Shown: piece by piece, positions 63,286-64,000 of the stretch
How positions within the stretch are numbered: the first letter of the stretch is position 1
Layout: each line of letters starts with the position of its first letter
Assembly: GCA_963804955.1 (NCBI GenBank)
Contig: CAWDSQ010000005.1
Span: 32,001-96,000, forward strand
Length of the DNA stretch: 64,000 bases
From: an uncultured delta proteobacterium
GTDB taxonomy: Bacteria > Desulfobacterota > WTBG01 > CAIYCZ01 > CAIRTM01
Direction: 5' to 3'
Translations under genes and position numbers: made by a program
Notes under the pieces: generated by a model
Database searches by the model: none
Told to the model about the DNA's origin: nothing
Seen by the model: the letters and a program-made list of their open reading frames with translations, nothing else

Positions 63286-64000
63286 ATGAAACGCCTTGCT
63301 GACATAATTATCGAAAAACGGGTGCTGTTTCTGGTGCTGCTCGCCGCTGCTGACCCTGTTCTTTCTCTATCAGATCAAAACGGGCCTCACGGTGAAGACG
63401 TCCTTTGATGATCTGCTGCCGACCAACCATCCCTATACCAAGCTGTATAATGAAATCCGCAACCGGTTCGGCGGCGCCAACAAAGTCGTCATCATGATCC
63501 AGGTGCGCGACAGGGAAGACGGCGGGCAGTATAGCGATATTTTCAATTACGAAACCCTGAAAAAAATACAGGACATTACCGAATACGCCAACAAAATGAA
63601 GGCCGTCGATCCTTTCAAGGTGCTTTCTCTGGCAGGCCATAATGTCAAGGATATTAAAATGACGGCCTGGGGCATGCAGCTCTCCACGGTCATGTATCCC
63701 GATATCCCGGAAACACCGGAGCAGATCGCCCAGCTCAGGCGCACCGTGTACGGCAGCCCCATGTGCTATCCCGGCCTGGTCTCTCTTGACAGTAAAAAGA
63801 CCATCGTGACGGTGGATTTTTTCGATGAACAGATTGACTATGATGTGTGCTTCAAAGAGCTGAAGGCGATCAGGGAGAAGTACGAGGACAACAACCACAT
63901 CATCGCCATCTCGGGCGAGCCCATGCACCTGGGGTATATCAACTCCTATATCGGTGATATCGTGAAGGTGCTGGCCTACACGGTCATCGCCATGATGCTG
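63286..64000 (+). CDS. RND/MMPL family transporter, 3' end outside window (frameshift near 63345)
   Basis: N-terminal TM, DDLLPTNHPY...RFGGANKVVIMI, ISGEPMHLGYI followed by TM2. Confidence 0.85.

Noticed and set aside
6777..63400. About 20 frameshifted genes suggesting mass pseudogenisation or programmed frameshifting
   Set aside because: The breaks are single-base indels, several in homopolymers or short repeats, scattered over unrelated genes whose catalytic motifs are intact. This pattern fits long-read consensus error. Read-level polishing would settle it.
413..63928. Many long antisense or alternate-frame ORFs in the ORF track (e.g. 14820-15821, 3216-4139, 37476-38393, 63308-63928)
   Set aside because: They overlap well-supported genes on the other strand or frame, lack motifs and RBSs, and are expected in GC-rich coding DNA.

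Overview
A 64-kb bacterial chromosomal window. Gene content points to an anaerobic deltaproteobacterium (Desulfobacterota-like; inference from rpoZ sequence, aldehyde:ferredoxin oxidoreductase, DUF169, FrhB-like and sigma54 genes). About 20 genes are split by single-base indels, which look like long-read consensus errors, so they are annotated as whole CDSs. Left to right: (1) an atypical type II fatty-acid-synthase cluster (fabG, ACP with a large internal insertion, acpS, fabF, double hot-dog dehydratase); (2) rpoZ, gmhA, pgpA; (3) an AT-rich, defence-like island between pgpA and cinA (Tag/HhH glycosylase with a 4Fe-4S motif, RloA-RloB, Fic); (4) mlaA/mlaC, a DegT-GNAT-arginase trio, dmeF, a GT2 and a secreted ARQPE-repeat protein; (5) an ExbB-ExbD-vWA-TPR-LolA-like operon bracketed by two copies of a ~248-bp non-coding element; (6) a pile-up of nested MITE/palindromic repeats and a group II intron 3' remnant; (7) an SBBP/InlB-repeat lipoprotein, a higBA module and MoxR-vWA; (8) an anaerobic redox cluster (Fe-S, FrhB-like, 2x DUF169, 2x PNPOx-like, SDR, AOR) interrupted by murU/amgK-like genes; (9) a kinase-receiver-sigma54-activator fusion followed by an enhancer-like inverted repeat and a sigma54 promoter upstream of esterases, an enoate reductase and a DUF1302-DUF1329-YCF48-RND cluster. 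No rRNA, tRNA or CRISPR array was seen.
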